Shown here: piece after piece, positions 29,723 through 39,714 of the stretch | How positions within the stretch are numbered: position 1 is the first letter of the stretch | How the letters are laid out: the number at the start of each line of letters is the position of its first letter | DNA from: a virus | Lineage: Duplodnaviria > Heunggongvirae > Uroviricota > Caudoviricetes | Reading direction: 5' to 3' (one strand) | Virus record (IMG/VR): IMGVR_UViG_2721755756_000002 | Length of the DNA: 64,000 nt | Program-made: the position numbers and the translations under genes | Notes under the pieces: generated by a model | What the model was told of the DNA's origin: nothing | Database searches by the model: none | The model's input: only the letters and a program-made list of their open reading frames with translations

Positions 29723-30677
29723 AACATTCCTTGATAAGAATGGGAGTGAATTTAGAAGACTGGCTGTTTCCTACTCTCAATTAGACACTTTTCTTACATG
29801 CCCAAGAAGGTGGATGTATAGATATTTACAAGGGTATGGGAAAAGTGATGACACTGAATCAACACAGTTGGGAACACAAGTACATGCATCAATTGAAGAA
29901 TACTGTAAACGCTTGTCTGAAGGCTATGAATGGACGATTGCTGAAGCTGTTGATCTAGTACAAAGCAATCTCAATAAGCGAACGATCAAGTTTAAAGATA
30001 TTGATGATGAAATCGTTGAGCAGCACAAAGCAATGATGGAAGGTCTAGTGACTGGCGATGGAGAATTAGCAGAATTACTTAATAAGTGTGATGTGTTAGC
30101 CCAAGAACTTGAATTTAGATTGCCGATAAAACTGCCTTTTAAAGTACGTGATAAACAAAAGAATTTGTATGATGAAGTTATATTAAACGGGTTTATAGAT
30201 CTAGTGCTTAAAGACCGAGATACAGGAGGTATTATCGTAATTGACCATAAAACGGGGAAGTCTTTATTCAAGCCAATTAAGCTAAGAACTAACTTGCAGC
30301 TCCCTATTTATTCGCTTGTTATTCAAAGTGTGTACGGTAGACTACCTGAACGTTGCTGTTATTACTTTACTAGGTTTGACCAGCTGCAGGATGTACAGCC
30401 TTTAGCGCTTGACGATAACAGTGCGGAGTGTGTTTATTTTAAAACAGGCAAAAGAAAAGGACAATTAAAATCTAAGCAAAGAACTGTTAAGGATATTGAA
30501 ACTGAATTACTTTCAATATTCAAAAGAATGTACACGTCTAGTACATACACCACTTCAAGTACGCCACTTTGTTCGTGGTGCGAATTTGGAGCATATGGAG
30601 ACTTAAGATGTGATGATGCTCAATTTTATAGAAGAAGCGATATAGAATTACCAACTCATAATAGGGTGTCAATATGA
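29703..30677 (+). CDS. PD-(D/E)XK nuclease (Cas4/RecB-like) with C-terminal Cys cluster
   Basis: SYSQLDTFLTCPRRWMYRYL N-terminal motif; IDLV...IDHKTGK core; C-terminal CSWCEFGAYGDLRCDD (Fe-S-like). Confidence 0.6.
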   Translation: MPTKIFKTFLDKNGSEFRRLAVSYSQLDTFLTCPRRWMYRYLQGYGKSDDTESTQLGTQVHASIEEYCKRLSEGYEWTIAEAVDLVQSNLNKRTIKFKDIDDEIVEQHKAMMEGLVTGDGELAELLNKCDVLAQELEFRLPIKLPFKVRDKQKNLYDEVILNGFIDLVLKDRDTGGIIVIDHKTGKSLFKPIKLRTNLQLPIYSLVIQSVYGRLPERCCYYFTRFDQLQDVQPLALDDNSAECVYFKTGKRKGQLKSKQRTVKDIETELLSIFKRMYTSSTYTTSSTPLCSWCEFGAYGDLRCDDAQFYRRSDIELPTHNRVSI

Positions 30678-30724
30678 TTTTTTTTAAAAGCCCAGAATTG
30701 TGCAAATTGTAGACGAAAGAAGAG

Positions 30725-31390
30725 GTGGACAGTATTAACGTATATAAAGATGAAAAGGTTTTGGTTGTTGAAAATAAAGACCTTGCTGCTTGGGGAAGGG
30801 TATCTGATAACGATACAAAGGCACTTATAAATGCAGTGCAGCATCATGGTTTCTTCAAGGATAGAACCCTCGTTGAAAGCGATACAGAGCTAAAACAGGT
30901 CATCCCTTATATTGTGCTTGAATGTAATGGAAAATACCTTGTAACGAAGCGAATTAAGGGCGATGAGCGATTGGTAAATCAGTATTCGATCGGTGCCGGT
31001 GGACATGTAAATTTAGACGATTATGTAAAAGGTGCAGGAGCAATCGAGGTTATTGACTTTCAAGCTACAATTACTAATTGTGTTGAGAGAGAACTGGCAG
31101 AAGAGACAACTTATAAAGGAGATTGTCATTTCAAAGCGATTGGAGCTTTCACAGATGATAAAGAAGAGGTATCAAAAGTACATATTTGCTATTTGGTTAA
31201 AATGAGCCTGTCAGAGCAGGTACAGATAAGGGAAACAGACAAACTTGAAGGCTCTTGGTTAGAGGTTGAGGAACTACGTAATTTAATTAGCAAGATGGAG
31301 AATTGGAGTGTTATAGCGATTGAGATGCTTGGAATATTGAAAACTCCAAAGAAAAGAAAGCGTAGAACGAAGAAGGTGCAGGTATGTTAG
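30725..31390 (+). CDS. possible Nudix-like hydrolase
   Basis: GGHVNLDD...ERELAEETTY loosely resembles a Nudix box; basic C-terminal tail. Confidence 0.35.
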   Translation: MDSINVYKDEKVLVVENKDLAAWGRVSDNDTKALINAVQHHGFFKDRTLVESDTELKQVIPYIVLECNGKYLVTKRIKGDERLVNQYSIGAGGHVNLDDYVKGAGAIEVIDFQATITNCVERELAEETTYKGDCHFKAIGAFTDDKEEVSKVHICYLVKMSLSEQVQIRETDKLEGSWLEVEELRNLISKMENWSVIAIEMLGILKTPKKRKRRTKKVQVC

Positions 31391-31559
31391 TTATAAATTT
31401 CCTCGTTTATGCGTTAGCAATAATGTTCTTTGCGATAGTGGTATATGGTGCTTTCAGATTGATGATGAGAGGTCTGAAGGATGTTCATAAATACGAACAA
31501 GAATTAAAGCATGAAAAAGAATTAGAAAATGAAAAAAGAGAAAAGGAAGGTAAAGAAAA

Positions 31560-32450
31560 ATGAGTAAAACAAAAAGCGTTGCATTAGGATTAGGAATCGG
31601 AGCAGTTGTATTAGTTGGTGGTGGAGCATTAGGTATGGTAGCCACGGGAAGCTTTGTGACAATTAACCCCGGAGAAGTTGGCGTTGTCTATGATTTAAGA
31701 AATGGTACGTTGGATGACACTCTTCAGCAGGGCTTCCATGTTATTTCACCATTTCAGAATGTCAACAAATATAATGTTTCGCAGGAACAGTTGATGCTGA
31801 CATCCGATAAACCTTCAGATGTCGATGAAGATGATTTTGAAGATCACCATATTGACGGTGTTGCAAAAGGTGGAGGAGCTATCAAAGTAAATTTGCAGGT
31901 TCAGTACAAATTTGACGAGGAACGTGTACCTGAAATCTACCAGAAATTTAAAGGTAAAACAGGCGAATATATTGTAGAGCATTACATGTCTAACAAGATT
32001 ATCTCTTCTACAAAAGCTATTATTGCGAATTATAGTGTTGAAGAGCTGTATCCGGTGACAGACAAAATCAATGAGGAATTGAAGAAACAACTGGATGATG
32101 AATTGAATAGTGCTTATGGTATCCGTATTGTAGAAGCAAATATCGTTAAGACAACACCAACAAAAGAGGTTATGAAGAAAATTGATGCTAAAGTGCAGGC
32201 AAAACAGGAGAAAGAGAAGGCAGAGTTGGATATGGCAACGGCCGAAGCGCAGGCAAATACTAACAAGGTAAAGGCTGAAGGTGAAGCAGCTGTAGCAATT
32301 GAAAAAGCAAAGGGACAGGCAGAGGCAAATCGTGTTGTAAGTCAGTCTATTACAAAAGAGTTGATTGAAATGAAGAATGCAGAAGCTCGTTTAAAACATG
32401 GATGGGTAGAAGTACAAGGTGCTGACTCTGTTGTCGTGAAAGGAAAGTAG
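31560..32450 (+). CDS. SPFH/band-7 (prohibitin/stomatin-like) membrane protein
   Basis: N-terminal TM helix; SPFH core; Ala/Glu/Lys-rich coiled-coil C-terminus. Confidence 0.65.
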   Translation: MSKTKSVALGLGIGAVVLVGGGALGMVATGSFVTINPGEVGVVYDLRNGTLDDTLQQGFHVISPFQNVNKYNVSQEQLMLTSDKPSDVDEDDFEDHHIDGVAKGGGAIKVNLQVQYKFDEERVPEIYQKFKGKTGEYIVEHYMSNKIISSTKAIIANYSVEELYPVTDKINEELKKQLDDELNSAYGIRIVEANIVKTTPTKEVMKKIDAKVQAKQEKEKAELDMATAEAQANTNKVKAEGEAAVAIEKAKGQAEANRVVSQSITKELIEMKNAEARLKHGWVEVQGADSVVVKGK

Positions 32451-32453
32451 TGG

Positions 32454-33359
32454 ATGGATTTTAAAAAATATCAGCATGTAGGTCGTTTAGGGACTACATC
32501 GACAGAAGGAATATTGAACGGCTATGTCTATGTTCAGCCCAAAATAGATGGTTGTAATACGACCATTTACATTGATGATAATGACTGTATACATATTGCA
32601 GGGAGGAATAAAGAATACGAGAAAGGAACAAAAAATGATAGGGGTCTTATAAACTATATAGAATCGCATATAGAGTATAGAAAATTCTTGTTAGAACATA
32701 AGGGAACAAGACTGTATATGGAGTATTTAGTCCCTCATTCACTTCGCACTTACTTTGATGATGCTTGGAGAGTTCCATATGTATTTGATGCTATGAAAGA
32801 AGATGAATCTTATTGGGTTCCAAGCACGTTACACGCTGAATTAGAATCATATGGAATCCCTTATGTACCTAATTTGTGGGAGGGTGACGGAAGTGATTTA
32901 ACTGCAGAAAAAATCAAGGAATTGGTAAATGGTAATAAATTTTTAGTTGATCCAGAAAAAGGAGAGTTTGGTGAGGGAATCGTAATTAAAAACTACACTT
33001 ACAAAAATCCATATGGGGATATTATCTGGGCGAAAGTCCTGCATGATGAGTTCAATAATCATTCCAATGTAAAAGGAAGACTAAAGGATGTATCTAATAG
33101 CGAATTAGAAAATGAGATAGCTACTTTGTATATCACTAAAGATTTTGTTAATAAAGAATATGCAAAAATCCTAAATGACGATCCGTTTATTGAAAGGCAT
33201 AAGGTTATTCCAATGCTGTTATCAACATGCTGGCATGAGTTTATATGTGAAGAAACATATAATTTTGTAAAAAAATTCAGATGTCCAAAGGTAGATTTTA
33301 AAACATTAAATCAGGTAGTAATAAAAAGGATAAAGGAATTGAAACCAGAGTTGTTTTAA
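32454..33359 (+). CDS. ATP-dependent polynucleotide ligase, Rnl2-like (KxDGxN motif I)
   Basis: motif I QPKIDGCN (lysine-adenylate); size about 300 aa. Confidence 0.55.
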   Translation: MDFKKYQHVGRLGTTSTEGILNGYVYVQPKIDGCNTTIYIDDNDCIHIAGRNKEYEKGTKNDRGLINYIESHIEYRKFLLEHKGTRLYMEYLVPHSLRTYFDDAWRVPYVFDAMKEDESYWVPSTLHAELESYGIPYVPNLWEGDGSDLTAEKIKELVNGNKFLVDPEKGEFGEGIVIKNYTYKNPYGDIIWAKVLHDEFNNHSNVKGRLKDVSNSELENEIATLYITKDFVNKEYAKILNDDPFIERHKVIPMLLSTCWHEFICEETYNFVKKFRCPKVDFKTLNQVVIKRIKELKPELF

Positions 33360-33452
33360 TCCCTGAAATGATTGATTGTAGCGTTGTAATAGTAGTGTCT
33401 AACACATAGTCATTTAATATTACAACGCTTCTTATATAAAGCGATAGGAGGC

Positions 33453-33692
33453 TTGAAAATGAATATAATGCTAATTTGCGATGAGTATTGTGGGAAGATA
33501 GAAGGTTTTATGTTTAATAGTTCAAATAAATATCGAGCACATGTAATTTTAAACGATAGTTCAAAATCTTTTTGGTTAGATTTGACAAAATATAACATTA
33601 CAAAAGAAGATATCAAGAAGGAAATGAAAAAGCTTAAAACAAGTGAAAGTGATAGCAGTTGTGTGATTTGGATTGATATGACGGAGGATTAG
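33453..33692 (+). CDS. hypothetical small protein
   Basis: 79-aa ORF with GGAGG RBS. Confidence 0.4.
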   Translation: MKMNIMLICDEYCGKIEGFMFNSSNKYRAHVILNDSSKSFWLDLTKYNITKEDIKKEMKKLKTSESDSSCVIWIDMTED

Positions 33693-33694
33693 TT

Positions 33695-33901
33695 ATGAGA
33701 TTATTTTGGGAAAAGCCTCATGAGAAGAAATATATATGTGATGTAGAAGACCGAGCTAAGGCAATAAAAATGATTTATGATATCTTAGATTCTTTATATA
33801 TAAAAATTGACATATTGGTGGTAGACAGAGATGATGCAGGTAATACCATAATTGACATAAATCATAAAAATGGAATCTTTCATTACGTCTTGGAGGAATA
33901 A
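33695..33901 (+). CDS. hypothetical small protein
   Basis: 68-aa ORF. Confidence 0.4.
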   Translation: MRLFWEKPHEKKYICDVEDRAKAIKMIYDILDSLYIKIDILVVDRDDAGNTIIDINHKNGIFHYVLEE

Positions 33902-36900
33902 TGAGTACGTCATTACATACCCACAGCTGTTTATCACTTGGTGATTCTACAGCGACTATTGAAGAAATTGTAGGCTTCGCAAAAGAGAACGATCATGAAG
34001 CTGTATGCATATCTGACCATGGTACTCTAGCAGCAATGATTCAGTCACATAAATTAGCAAGGAAGGCAGGTATCAAATGTTTAACAGCTTGTGAAATCTA
34101 TGAGGTTGATGATGATGAATGGCGGTCTGATACAAAGGAATATAGTCAGCCAAGATACCATTTATTATTGATAGCAAAAAATAATATAGGGCTTCACAAC
34201 CTGATTCAAATAGTTTCTTATGCGAATACTGATGGTTTTTACAAAAAACCAAGAATTGATATCAACAGGATTAAAAACAATGGTTGGGGTGAAGGTCTAA
34301 TTTGCTGCACGGCTTGTCAGGCAGGTCGCTTGAGTAAATATTTAACACAGAAAATGGAGGAAGAGGCGTGGAAATACGCAGATGATCTGTGTGGGACATT
34401 CGATAATGTTTATTGTGAAATACAATCACATAATACACCAGAACAAGCTAAAGCAAATAGGCTCATATATGACTTTGCCATTGAAAACGACTTACCATAT
34501 GTTATTACTACAGATGCACATATGATAAGAAAAGAAGATATGAAATATCATTCGATGTTTGTTGAAGCTATTGGACATAGAGAAGTAGGAGAAGCGTACA
34601 TAGATTGCTATATGCAGACAGACAGCGATATATATAATACTTTGGGCAACCAGTTTACGAAAGGGCAGATAAAAAAGGGGATTGAAGCAACTACTGAAAT
34701 AGCGGATATGTGCGAGCAGGTTGATGTTGGTCTTGATAATGACAATCAAATGCCTCATATAGATGTACCTGATGATTTTTTCGATTCTGAAGACTATCTC
34801 AGATATCTGTGTTATAAGACCTTTAACGAGAAATTTGGGCATATGAACAAGGAAGAGCAGCAAAAGAGAAAAGACAGAATAGAAATGGAAATACCAGTGC
34901 TTGTCGAACTTGATTTTGTTGATTACCTTATAATGCTGAGTATGATAGCTGATGAATGTAGAAAACGAGATATTCCATTAGGGTACAGTCGTGGATCAGG
35001 GGGTAATTGTCTGTGCTTATATATGCTAAATGTTACACAGATAGACAGTGTAAGATGGGATTTAGATTTTTCACGATTTGCAAACATTGGCAGAAAAGGC
35101 ACCTTGGCAGATTATGATTTTGATGTCAGTAAAATACATCGTCCTCAAATGGTGCAAGTATTCAGAGATTTATTTGGGGAAGAAAACGTATGCAATATTT
35201 CAACCTACAATACATTTACAAACAAGGTAGCAATAAAAGACCTTGGCAAGGTCTTCAACGATAAACCTGATAGTCCATACTTCGGACAGATACCTCAGGA
35301 GCTGAGAGATCATGTTGCAAAAATCATACCAGTTATCAAAGTAGTAGACGAAAATGGAGAAGAAATTGAAAAAGATGTTGCCTTAAAAGATGCAATAAAA
35401 GGGAATGAGGAATTAGAAAATTTACACAAAAAATACCCAGCTTGGTTTGACAGTGTAATTCATTTAAGTGGACTTCCTAAATCTCGTGGATGTCATGCAT
35501 CGGCCATAATGATAACGCCTAAACCTGTTACTGAATATTGCTCTATCTGTAACAATAAAGATGGCGAAGTTATGTATGAAGATGAAATGCACTCTTTAAT
35601 GGACGATATCAAGCTTATCAAAATGGATTGCTTGGGTCTCAAAAACTTGAGCGTTGTCGATATGACACTCAATCTATCAGGGCTGACTTGGAGTGATGTT
35701 GATATAAATACTTTAAACCTTAAAGATGAAGCTGTGTACAACGAAATATACAAGACAGGGTATACAGCTGGTGTTTTCCAGATGGAGTCACTAGAAGCTC
35801 GTAGGATGCTTATAGCAGCTAAGGCGGATAACATTGAGGATATCATCGTAGTTAATAGTGCAAATAGACCAGGCACAAAAGAATCTTTTCCCGACTACTG
35901 TCACAATAAATTACATCCAGAAGATATCACAGTCATTCATGATGATCTAAAAGAAATTTTCAAGCAATCACATAGCGTGTTGCTTTATCAGGAACAAGCA
36001 CTGGCATTACTCCGATATGCAGGGTTCCCTGAAGAAGAAGTGGAAACTGGACGAAAAGCGATTGGAAAGAAGCTTGAAGCGGTTATGAGGAGCCTGAAAA
36101 AGAAATTCAAGAATGGCCTTAAAGAAAGAGGTTGGCTGGACGAGCAAATTGAGACTATATGGAAGCTGCTAAAAAAACAATCTGAGTATTGCTTTAACAG
36201 AGGTCATGCAGTTGCTTATAGCTTGTTGTCATATCTGACTGCATATCTAAAAACACATTATCCGATAGAATACATGACCGCAAGCTTATCGTTAGAGGAA
36301 GATAAAGAAAAATCAGCAGCCCTCCTTAATGAGCTAAAGAGAATGGGAATGAAGTTAGATAACCCAGATATAAATTTATCAAGTGAAACATTTACGCCTG
36401 ATAAGGAGAATAATAGAGTCTTGTATGGCCTTGGATTTGTAAAAGGATTGTCAAGTAAAGGCTATGAAGCTGTTATGAATAATAGACCATATAGTGACTT
36501 TGAAGACTTTCTTGATAAAGTATATTCAAAAGTTGATATATCTGACGTAAATGCTCTGATTAAAGCAGGTGCTTTTGGAACTGAGTGTAAAATTGATTGT
36601 TTTAGAATGTATTATACAAAAAGGTTTTGGGATAAAAAAATAGATAGGAAAATAGCAAAGCATCCTATAAAAAATGCAAAAAAAGCTTTCATTGAAGAAG
36701 CTTTTAAATTAGGTCTGACTACTCCAGAAAATAAAGATAATAAAGAGTTGGTAGTAAAGTGTATAAATCAATATAGGTTAGAAAATGGATGGGAAGTATT
36801 TAAAAAGAAATACTGTGAAGGGAATGAATTAGAGTGGGAAATGGAGACTTTAAACACATTCCTATCTGGTGATCCATTTGAAGGCGTTTTCATACCTAAT

Positions 36901-37224
36901 TGGGATAACGTTAAGGATGATGAAGATGGATGGCTTGGCGGTGTTATTGTCAATGTTAAAGATGTAATTGTAAAAAACGGTAAGAATAAGGGTCAAAAGA
37001 TGTGTTTTGTGAATCTTGATATAAATGGTGAAATGGGCGATTTGGTAGTTTTCTCTAATAATTATTCTAAGTTCTCAGATATTTTAAAGAATGGGAAATG
37101 CGTTGTATGCAGAGTGACTAAAGACGCTTCTGCAAAATATAAAGGAATCATTCAAGGAGTATCGCTTTTAAGTAAATACCTAGAGCAGACCAAAACGGTG
37201 CAGCAGAAAAGAGGGAAAAAGTGA
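33901..37224 (+). CDS. dnaE: DNA polymerase III alpha subunit (DnaE-type, N-terminal PHP domain), phage-encoded
   Basis: PHP motif LHTHSCLSLGDS...ISDHGT; 1107 aa; polymerase core region GSGGN... Confidence 0.85.
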   Translation: MSTSLHTHSCLSLGDSTATIEEIVGFAKENDHEAVCISDHGTLAAMIQSHKLARKAGIKCLTACEIYEVDDDEWRSDTKEYSQPRYHLLLIAKNNIGLHNLIQIVSYANTDGFYKKPRIDINRIKNNGWGEGLICCTACQAGRLSKYLTQKMEEEAWKYADDLCGTFDNVYCEIQSHNTPEQAKANRLIYDFAIENDLPYVITTDAHMIRKEDMKYHSMFVEAIGHREVGEAYIDCYMQTDSDIYNTLGNQFTKGQIKKGIEATTEIADMCEQVDVGLDNDNQMPHIDVPDDFFDSEDYLRYLCYKTFNEKFGHMNKEEQQKRKDRIEMEIPVLVELDFVDYLIMLSMIADECRKRDIPLGYSRGSGGNCLCLYMLNVTQIDSVRWDLDFSRFANIGRKGTLADYDFDVSKIHRPQMVQVFRDLFGEENVCNISTYNTFTNKVAIKDLGKVFNDKPDSPYFGQIPQELRDHVAKIIPVIKVVDENGEEIEKDVALKDAIKGNEELENLHKKYPAWFDSVIHLSGLPKSRGCHASAIMITPKPVTEYCSICNNKDGEVMYEDEMHSLMDDIKLIKMDCLGLKNLSVVDMTLNLSGLTWSDVDINTLNLKDEAVYNEIYKTGYTAGVFQMESLEARRMLIAAKADNIEDIIVVNSANRPGTKESFPDYCHNKLHPEDITVIHDDLKEIFKQSHSVLLYQEQALALLRYAGFPEEEVETGRKAIGKKLEAVMRSLKKKFKNGLKERGWLDEQIETIWKLLKKQSEYCFNRGHAVAYSLLSYLTAYLKTHYPIEYMTASLSLEEDKEKSAALLNELKRMGMKLDNPDINLSSETFTPDKENNRVLYGLGFVKGLSSKGYEAVMNNRPYSDFEDFLDKVYSKVDISDVNALIKAGAFGTECKIDCFRMYYTKRFWDKKIDRKIAKHPIKNAKKAFIEEAFKLGLTTPENKDNKELVVKCINQYRLENGWEVFKKKYCEGNELEWEMETLNTFLSGDPFEGVFIPNWDNVKDDEDGWLGGVIVNVKDVIVKNGKNKGQKMCFVNLDINGEMGDLVVFSNNYSKFSDILKNGKCVVCRVTKDASAKYKGIIQGVSLLSKYLEQTKTVQQKRGKK

Positions 37225-37415
37225 AGAATAAAAAGGAAGAAGCTCGGCGTAAGCTTAATGCTAGAGTCAAAACAATCAACTTGAATTATCAAAGACGGAA
37301 TCCAGATTCTCTGCTAAACGAAATGTTAAAAATAAAATTAAACAGATTTGAAAGCTATATTATCAAGAAACTGGTGCAGAGGAGTGTAAAGCGTGGAAGA
37401 AAAAAGAACAGGTAA
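37221..37415 (+). CDS. small basic protein
   Basis: K/R-rich 64-aa ORF; ATGA-coupled. Confidence 0.35.
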   Translation: MKNKKEEARRKLNARVKTINLNYQRRNPDSLLNEMLKIKLNRFESYIIKKLVQRSVKRGRKKNR

Positions 37416-37579
37416 AGGAATAATCATCCATAACTGGTGTAAAGATCAAATAACAATAGGGAAAATCTATCCAATATACATTAAGAATGGCAAGGATGGT
37501 ATTTACGATGATATTGGATGGTTCTTGCCAATGAATTTCTTGAATATCTTCGCACAATATGAGGAGTGTGTATTAGAAA

Positions 37580-38062
37580 ATGATATTTAGTATAGACCCG
37601 GGCAACGTGTATAGTGCATATTCAGTTTTAAATGAAGATTTAAGACCTATTGAGTTTGGCAAAGTAGAAAATCAAGAACTATCTGAAATTATAAAGAATC
37701 ATTATGAATTGGATCATACGAGGATGCCATTTGTAATCGAAATGATTGGACACTATGGCACAGGAATGCCTGCAGGAAAGACGGTGTTTGATACATGTGT
37801 ATGGATTGGAAGATTTACAGAGTTGTATCACCAATACACTGGTAAAGAACCTGTCTATATTATGCGTAGAGAAGAGAAGTTGAATCTATGTGGGAATATG
37901 AAAGCCAAAGATGGGAATATACGACAAGCATTGATAGATAGGTTCGGTGTTGTAGGCACAAAGAAAAACCCGGGGTGGTTCTATGGGGTTTCTAAAGATG
38001 TATGGGCTGCCATTGCTGTTGGAGTTTCGTATCATGATATTTATGAGGAGGAAAGAAAATGA
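37580..38062 (+). CDS. RuvC-like / RNase-H-fold Holliday junction resolvase candidate
   Basis: N-terminus MIFSIDPGNVYSAYSVL resembles the RuvC GIDPG motif. Confidence 0.45.
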   Translation: MIFSIDPGNVYSAYSVLNEDLRPIEFGKVENQELSEIIKNHYELDHTRMPFVIEMIGHYGTGMPAGKTVFDTCVWIGRFTELYHQYTGKEPVYIMRREEKLNLCGNMKAKDGNIRQALIDRFGVVGTKKNPGWFYGVSKDVWAAIAVGVSYHDIYEEERK

Positions 38063-38601
38063 AACTGAGTGATTTGAAAACGGGTATGTGGGTTAAGTCA
38101 AGGAATGGTGACATGTCTCTTGTTATGAGAGACCACGTATCTATAAGTTCAAGTGATGGCATATTTATTGACAAATGTGGATATTTTGAATTCAAAGAAT
38201 ACAATGATGATATGACAGATTGTGAGTTCACAGAATGCGACATAATCGAAGTGTTTATACCAGATTTGGAAAAGTGCACATTAAATGGAGATGGTCTAAT
38301 CTCTATTTGGAAAAGAAAGGAATTGCCGAAATTAGCTCCATTTGAAAAAGAATTCCTAAAAGCTTTAAAGCCTGCATATAGAAGTTGTTGGATTGCTAGA
38401 GATAAAGGTGGAGACTTGTATGCACATGATGGAAAGCCAATAAAGAATGAACTGGTTTGGGTAAGTGAATACTGCCATGAAATTAGTGATTCTGCCAATT
38501 TCCAGCTCTTTTCCAAAGAACCCTTTACATGGTGCAAATGGGAAGACGAAGAACCGTGGTATATTCCGGATTTGTTAAAAGAGGCATAAGGTATGGCTGA
38601 T
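38050..38601 (+). repeat. ~550-bp direct repeat, copy 1 (paired with 57452-58004)
   Basis: first ~330 nt differ at only a few positions, the remainder at about 90%; identity ends right after TAAGGTATGGCT. Confidence 0.8.
38059..38589 (+). CDS. hypothetical protein; copy 1 of a duplicated gene (copy 2 at 57453-57992)
   Basis: about 95% identical at DNA level to the second copy. Confidence 0.6.
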   Translation: MKLSDLKTGMWVKSRNGDMSLVMRDHVSISSSDGIFIDKCGYFEFKEYNDDMTDCEFTECDIIEVFIPDLEKCTLNGDGLISIWKRKELPKLAPFEKEFLKALKPAYRSCWIARDKGGDLYAHDGKPIKNELVWVSEYCHEISDSANFQLFSKEPFTWCKWEDEEPWYIPDLLKEA

Positions 38602-38728
38602 AACAAACATATCACGATATGGGAAAAAGAGAATTCTGAACATTCTAGCAAAGCAAGGGCTGAAGTGCAGATTTGTCTTAACAGGGACTGAAAATGATCC
38701 AACTGATATTTTGGAGATAGTGAAATGA
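38593..38728 (+). pseudogene. decayed 3' remnant of a homologue of ORF 60215-60688
   Basis: about 85% nucleotide identity to 60566-60688; encodes the in-frame C-terminus ISRYGKKRILNILAKQGLKCRFVLTGTENDPTDILEIVK without any start codon. Confidence 0.5.
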
Positions 38729-39714
38729 TCAAGACACTTGAATTTTTTGGTGGTATAGGATCACCTCGATGTGCGCTTCGTAATATAGGTGTTCCAGTAA
38801 AAGCAATAGACTATGTAGAAATTGATGAAAAGGCTGTGAGAAGCTATAATGCAATGTTTTCATCTGAATTAAGATATAAAACGCAGTCTGTAGTTGGCTG
38901 GAATTTAAAGCCAGATATTTTGATACATGGATCACCTTGTCAAGACTTTTCAATAGCAGGCCATCAAGGCAAAGCTAGAGCAGTTGACGGTAGAATAAAT
39001 ATTGGCGCAGGAGGGGATGAAGGAAGTGGTACAACATCATCTCTTATGTGGGAAACAATACATATAATTGAACAAATGGGGAAGTGGAAACCAAAATATG
39101 TTATATGGGAAAATGTGAAAAATGTACGTTCTAAACACATGGTAGCAAATCATGAACGGTATTTAAAAGTTATGGAATCAATGGGATACGCAAATTCATT
39201 TGCTCTCCTTGACGCTAGAGATTTTGGATTGCCACAATACAGACAAAGAATTTTCACAATCAGTTGCTTAGATGGTGAGAAATTTAATTTTGACGATTTG
39301 ATTAGAACCCCTATGAGAGATATTGACGATTTCTTGCTGCCGAATGAAGAAGTGTCACATGTGTATGATGTAACTCAGCCTAGTGTTTTAAATGGAATTG
39401 GTAGAAATGACATTAAAAGAACAACCATAATTAAAGATTTTGCATACACAATTACAACACGCCAAGACAGGACGCCAGCGCAAGTCATTGATTGTGGTAA
39501 TGGAAGATATCGCTATTTAACAGAGCTTGAATGTTGGAGATTGCAAGGATATAAAGACGAAGATTTTTATGCAGCTAGTTCAGTACATAAAAAAAATGGA
39601 AGATTTTGTATGCCACTTTACAAACAGGCGGGGAATAGCATACCGGTTCCAATTTTTGAATCAATCTTTAGAAAATTATTTTTAGGTGAAACAGTAGTAA
39701 AGGAAAAGGAGTAA
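38725..39714 (+). CDS. C5-cytosine DNA methyltransferase
   Basis: motif I FFGGIGS; motif IV GSPCQDFSIAG; motif VI VIWENVKNV. Confidence 0.8.
   Translation: MIKTLEFFGGIGSPRCALRNIGVPVKAIDYVEIDEKAVRSYNAMFSSELRYKTQSVVGWNLKPDILIHGSPCQDFSIAGHQGKARAVDGRINIGAGGDEGSGTTSSLMWETIHIIEQMGKWKPKYVIWENVKNVRSKHMVANHERYLKVMESMGYANSFALLDARDFGLPQYRQRIFTISCLDGEKFNFDDLIRTPMRDIDDFLLPNEEVSHVYDVTQPSVLNGIGRNDIKRTTIIKDFAYTITTRQDRTPAQVIDCGNGRYRYLTELECWRLQGYKDEDFYAASSVHKKNGRFCMPLYKQAGNSIPVPIFESIFRKLFLGETVVKEKE

Noticed and set aside
37992-38732. 246-aa minus-strand ORF overlapping the RuvC-like gene, the duplicated gene and the remnant
   Set aside because: It is the antisense shadow of the real + strand genes. An equivalent shadow (57203-57682) accompanies the second repeat copy. 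It has low-complexity Ser/Leu-rich sequence and no RBS.
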